From: Candidatus Nanoarchaeia archaeon
GTDB lineage: Archaea > Nanobdellota > Nanobdellia > Woesearchaeales > DATDSP01
Assembly: GCA_035291205.1 (NCBI GenBank)
Contig: DATDSP010000082.1
Span: forward strand, 1 to 28,495
Direction: 5' to 3'
Length of the DNA: 28,495 nucleotides
Each line of letters begins with the position of its first letter. Within the stretch, counting starts at the first letter, position 1. The notes beneath the pieces are model-generated. The model was not told the origin of the DNA. It saw nothing but the letters and a program-made list of their open reading frames with translations, and did no database searches. A program made the position numbers and the translations under genes. Below, one piece after another: positions 25,138 to 28,495 of the stretch.

Positions 25138-25720
25138 GCGCATCAATTGTTTTCTCTAAATCCTTACATTCAAGAGAGGATGCAAGCTTTTTTCTGAGAT
25201 CCTGTCTGGGAACCAATTCTCCACTTACATACTGCGAGACAGCTTTTCTTGAAACTCCGAGTTGTTTAGAAAGCCATGACTGATTTCTGCCAAGTTCATT
25301 GAGTCTTGCTCTGATAAGTTCTCTGAATTCTTTTCTTTTTTTTGCAACTTCTGCTTTTTCATCGTATAGTTTTTCTTTTTCGTTGATGTAATCTTCCAAA
25401 GAAGTGTAAAATCCTTTGTTGAATCTTTTGTAGTCATGATATGAATCAAATCCCATTTCTTTAAGCTTTGTGTAGGTGTAGGTTGTTGAATATGAAACTC
25501 CAGCTAATTTGGCAATTTCGCTGACTCTTGTTCCTTTGTTGTACAGAGTGCATATTAATTCTATTTTATTAAAAACTGGCGGGTTTAATACCTCTGACTT
25601 TAGTCCGACAGTTTTTAATTCCAAAAACTCGCGATTAAGCGAGGAGCGTAAAACCGCAGGCTTTAGCCTGCGGATAGCTCCGAACAGCGAGTTTTTGTTA
25701 TCTTCTGAAATTTTTTTCAT
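25121..25720 (-). CDS. Double-HTH transcriptional regulator (N-terminal HTH, GF.SY..Y linker, C-terminal XRE/Cro HTH) carrying an in-frame palindromic insert
   Basis: VSEIAKLAGVSYSTTY and LNELGRNQSWLSKQLGVSRKAVSQYVSGELVP. A minus-strand TATA (TTTATAAT, 25748-25741) favours ATG 25720 over 25738. Confidence 0.8.
   Translation of the reverse strand: MKKISEDNKNSLFGAIRRLKPAVLRSSLNREFLELKTVGLKSEVLNPPVFNKIELICTLYNKGTRVSEIAKLAGVSYSTTYTYTKLKEMGFDSYHDYKRFNKGFYTSLEDYINEKEKLYDEKAEVAKKRKEFRELIRARLNELGRNQSWLSKQLGVSRKAVSQYVSGELVPRQDLRKKLASSLECKDLEKTIDALTKSS
25565..25697. mobile_element. Miniature tandem-hairpin palindromic element inserted in-frame in the HTH gene
   Basis: Perfect 11-bp IRs ATTAAAAACTG/CAGTTTTTAAT (25568-25578, 25609-25619) and CAAAAACTCGC/GCGAGTTTTTG (25622-25632, 25687-25697). 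Inner hairpins are GAC-TTTA-GTC and CCGCAGGC-TTTA-GCCTGCGG. Flanking TTTTATTA/TTTTGTTA are 129 bp apart. Confidence 0.65.
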
Positions 25721-25740
25721 GGCTTTTCTGAAAGGCATCT

Positions 25741-25790
25741 ATTATAAATTTATTTCTTTCCAGTAGTAACAAAAACAAAAGATTTAAATA
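25741..25790. promoter_or_regulatory. Back-to-back promoters for the HTH gene and the Tat lipoprotein gene
   Basis: Minus-strand TTTATAAT (25748-25741) and plus-strand AAAAGATTTAAATA (25777-25790), each 20-25 nt from an ATG, suggesting leaderless transcripts. Confidence 0.55.
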
Positions 25791-25814
25791 CGGGTTGTTT
25801 TTAGCTACTCTGTG

Positions 25815-27140
25815 ATGGCAATAAATCGCAGAGATTTTCTTAAACAAACAAGTTCAATTTTAGCAGGTTTAGCTACTGTTGGTCTTGGATCGCTTACAGG
25901 CCTTGCAGGCTGTGCTGGTGGAGGAGGTGGAGGCGCGTCTGGAATCAGTGCACCTCAACAAACTATTGAGCAAACTATTGCTCAAAAGTCATATTATAAG
26001 TTGGTTGATAGTCCTGAAAAAGTCATCGTAGATTCACAGCAGTATAAAGGATATTATACTTCTGTCTCTCAAGTAGGCAATTATTTGACAGGAACATTAA
26101 CTAATGAGACCTTGAGAGGAAAATATTCAGCAAGAAGTAATTTTCCATTTTCTTTTGTTGATAAGAATCGCAATGTAATAAATCCTGAGGTGTATCACCT
26201 TAGTCCCTCATTTCCTTATGGACAAGGAAGCGCCAGCCAATGGGTTATCCCGCTCCAAAATCTTCTGAGTAACGGCCCAGGACCTTACACCCTTGCTTCG
26301 ATCAACTACTATAAGGATGATGAAGATACTGGTACGATCAGCATTACTGAGGTTGTTAATTTCTCAATACCATTGAACCTAACTAAGGTTCACAATGCAT
26401 TGCCTCAAAATACAGCGCCATCACACAGGCAGAATAATGCACAGGCACTTGCAGATGCCACATCTGTTCTTGTTCGATACATTGCAAAACCCGTTATACT
26501 TTCTAATCGTCTTGGTGAACAAAAAGAAATTTCACCTATTACCTTATCGCCGTTGCACGCGTATGAAAATGACCCTGGTAAAAATAACGACCTTGTTCAT
26601 CGCGCTAGCCGGCTTTATGTTCATGGAACTCAGGTTTTTAAGGTTTCACCATTAGAGTACGTTAACCAAATTATCATTGACGAAATCATGTTTGGTCTTG
26701 GGCAAGCATCAAGTGATGGATTGTTGCGCGCACGCGTATCCACTGAGGGGGCTGACCTTATAGGTATTAATGATAATAATGAGCAGCTGGCGAAAGATAT
26801 GGGGTTTATGCTCGTGGATGTGCATGAACTTACACATTTTTTAGATTTTTTTAACAGAATACCATCTGAGCAACAATTTAAATCACTTAGTTTTGATATA
26901 CATGGAAATCTGTTGCCTGATGCCACTTTAGACGAATTCGTTAGTCTTTATGCTAAAACAGATCCCATAGAAGACTTGGCCGAAACTTCAGGTTTTGCTG
27001 TAGTCTTTGGCGAAAATGTTAGATTACGTGCGAGGGTAAATCAAAAACTTAGACAGAAATATGATTTTGTTAGTGATGGTATTCTTGGTGGAAAAGAATT
27101 TACTGTTCGTGACATTCAGGAACTTGCTGAAAAATCATAA
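25815..27140 (+). CDS. Tat-exported lipoprotein with C-terminal HExxH zinc metallopeptidase (gluzincin-like) domain
   Basis: Twin-arginine NRRDFLK, hydrophobic core, lipobox LAGC and Gly linker. C-terminal VHELTH plus FVSLYAKTDPIEDLAE (third ligand Glu). Confidence 0.8.
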   Translation: MAINRRDFLKQTSSILAGLATVGLGSLTGLAGCAGGGGGGASGISAPQQTIEQTIAQKSYYKLVDSPEKVIVDSQQYKGYYTSVSQVGNYLTGTLTNETLRGKYSARSNFPFSFVDKNRNVINPEVYHLSPSFPYGQGSASQWVIPLQNLLSNGPGPYTLASINYYKDDEDTGTISITEVVNFSIPLNLTKVHNALPQNTAPSHRQNNAQALADATSVLVRYIAKPVILSNRLGEQKEISPITLSPLHAYENDPGKNNDLVHRASRLYVHGTQVFKVSPLEYVNQIIIDEIMFGLGQASSDGLLRARVSTEGADLIGINDNNEQLAKDMGFMLVDVHELTHFLDFFNRIPSEQQFKSLSFDIHGNLLPDATLDEFVSLYAKTDPIEDLAETSGFAVVFGENVRLRARVNQKLRQKYDFVSDGILGGKEFTVRDIQELAEKS

Positions 27141-27162
27141 AAAGAGTTTTATTCCTGATATT

Positions 27163-28209
27163 CTAACTTAGCTTCGGGTTAAGTGTATAAGTCATTCCAA
27201 CTTCAATTTTCATAGTTGTTTTGTAGCTGAGAGAGTCCTTCTTAATTAAAATGTCATAACTTCCTGTTTCCAAGTCAATAGAGGCGTATCCTGAAGCAGG
27301 GGTATTTCCACGGTACTTTTCATTTATGAAAATAGAAGCATCTCCTGGATTTGAAGCGATATCAAGAGAACCGTAAACAGGCGCTTTTTTAACAGGCGCT
27401 GTTGGCTGTACTGGTGTGGGAGTTGTTTCTGTAGCAGTTGTTCGTGTTGTCGGCTGTGTTGTTGTTGGTGTGGGAGTTGTTTCTGCTTTTGGATTCACCT
27501 GTAAACTTGTTGAAGATATCCGTGCAATTCCATTTTTCGTTTTTGCAATTATTGTGTAGTTAGTTGTTTGGCTTGGGCAGACTTTTGTCGAACCCTCAAA
27601 TATTCCTGTTGGCAAAGGTTGATCCTGGTGTCCGAAATTGGTTGTTACAATCTCTACATCAATAACACTCCAGTATAAATTGCTGCATTGCCCCTGTGCT
27701 ACAGGATTTGGATTTGCATAAAAATTCTTAATGCTTGGTTCTAAAACCTTAGGTTGTGGTGTGGTGACTTGTATGGTTGTTGTTGCTGTTTTGTTTGTTC
27801 CTTGTTTTGTTGTTGCGGTTATTGTGTATGTTGTTGTTTGTGTTGGGCATGTTTGCATTGCGTTGCTGAATTCCCTTGATCCTGGGCTTGTGGGTGAGTT
27901 TATGCTGCCGAAGTTGGATGCTACACTGTCAGCTTTTTTTACTGTCCAGTATATGTAGGTGCATTCTCCTGGTTTTATTGTGCTGGGTTGCACTGTGAAT
28001 GTTTCAATAACCGGCAAATCTTGTTGTGCAGGCTGAGATGTAACGACTTGTTGTGCGGGCTGAGGCGCAATGACTTTAATTGGTTCAGAAATATTAGATT
28101 GAGCAGGTGGTTTACTTGGCCCACCAAAACCGCCAGAAGCAAAATGTGTTGTTAAAATAAAAACAAGCAATGAAATAAGTGTTGCAGAAACCAACCTTTT
28201 GTTTTGCAT
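27163..28209 (-). CDS. Secreted/surface protein: signal peptide, two Ig/PKD-like beta-sandwich repeats, Pro/Thr-rich linker, C-terminal PEGA domain
   Basis: Repeats PVIETFTVQP..GEC..YW...CP..TTTYTITA and PSIKNFYANP..GQC..YW...CP..TTNYTIIA; linker TTPTPTTTQPTT; PEGA-like GSLDIASNPGDASIFINEKYRGNTP. ATG 28209 (MQNKR) is preferred over 28227. Confidence 0.8.
   Translation of the reverse strand: MQNKRLVSATLISLLVFILTTHFASGGFGGPSKPPAQSNISEPIKVIAPQPAQQVVTSQPAQQDLPVIETFTVQPSTIKPGECTYIYWTVKKADSVASNFGSINSPTSPGSREFSNAMQTCPTQTTTYTITATTKQGTNKTATTTIQVTTPQPKVLEPSIKNFYANPNPVAQGQCSNLYWSVIDVEIVTTNFGHQDQPLPTGIFEGSTKVCPSQTTNYTIIAKTKNGIARISSTSLQVNPKAETTPTPTTTQPTTRTTATETTPTPVQPTAPVKKAPVYGSLDIASNPGDASIFINEKYRGNTPASGYASIDLETGSYDILIKKDSLSYKTTMKIEVGMTYTLNPKLS
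27412..27485. repeat. Intragenic 20-bp direct repeat, 54-bp period (ETTPTP twice)
   Basis: TGGTGTGGGAGTTGTTTCTG at 27412-27431 and 27466-27485. Confidence 0.8.
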
Positions 28210-28272
28210 TCTCCATCCTCTTTTCATTTTATAAAGGACATATCTTTATCTCATATAAAAATCTTTACGTAT

Positions 28273-28495
28273 GTGGGGCTAATATGAAACCCTGCCCAGC
28301 ATCAATTCCGCAGCTCGTAGATAAAACAATCTGGCTCGTCGCGAGGGGTTGCTCCCCAACCGTTTCGTCAGTTGACGCCGATGTGAGGAGGGATGTGCTT
28401 CGCAATCCCTCTTAACGCGCTCGCCTTGATTAATGTTCGTAGGGCGAGCGCGTGCAGCTGAACGAAGTGAACGCTGCACATCGCTTGTCAACGGG
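28273..28495. ncRNA. Unidentified GC-rich multi-stem structure (candidate ncRNA or palindromic element), possibly truncated by the window end
   Basis: Outer stem GTTGAC..CGATGT/ACATCG..GTCAAC (28371-28384, 28478-28492) encloses three hairpins, one with a perfect 11-bp stem (28415-28425, 28443-28453). No family signature was recognised. Confidence 0.35.

Noticed and set aside
28179-28491. Short ORFs 28179..28415 (+) and 28279..28491 (-)
   Set aside because: They arise from the locally high GC content of the structured region, one overlaps the PEGA gene start and promoter, and their composition is unlike the host genes.
28273-28495. RNase P RNA or SRP RNA
   Set aside because: The conserved P4 motifs (GAGGAA..UCC, ACAGAA..GGCUUA) and the SRP helix 8 motif (GGAA loop with AGCAG) were not found on either strand, despite Rpp30 being nearby.

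Overview
AT-rich, very compact archaeal chromosome segment, most likely from a DPANN lineage (Woesearchaeota-like; inferred from protein style and gene order, not from a search). About 25 kb is core information-processing DNA. It holds an endA-hypothetical-fen-trm5 operon, RNase Z, a histone, Hjc, TFE and a TrmB-family protein. It also holds a probable replication origin (ORB-like boxes flanking an AT-rich unwinding element) followed by cdc6/orc1 and both PolD subunits, then aIF-2beta, an RPA-like OB-fold gene, an intein-containing MCM, TBP and a NUDIX-ThiI-like-SAMP-TtuA/NcsA-Rpp30 operon. The last 3.4 kb is accessory: a double-HTH regulator, a Tat lipoprotein zinc peptidase, a secreted repeat/PEGA protein and a structured non-coding stretch cut by the window end. 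The main oddities are: (1) a family of short tandem-hairpin elements with CTT(C/T)AG loops, one copy inserted in-frame (129 bp, 43 codons) into the HTH gene; (2) an MCM intein lacking the block B catalytic His; (3) a ThiI that has lost its PP-loop but sits in an intact tRNA-thiolation operon; (4) an in-frame TGA at a conserved Gly of the first NUDIX gene; (5) a DUF218 gene wedged between the two PolD subunit genes. No CRISPR array, tRNA, rRNA or transposase was recognised.
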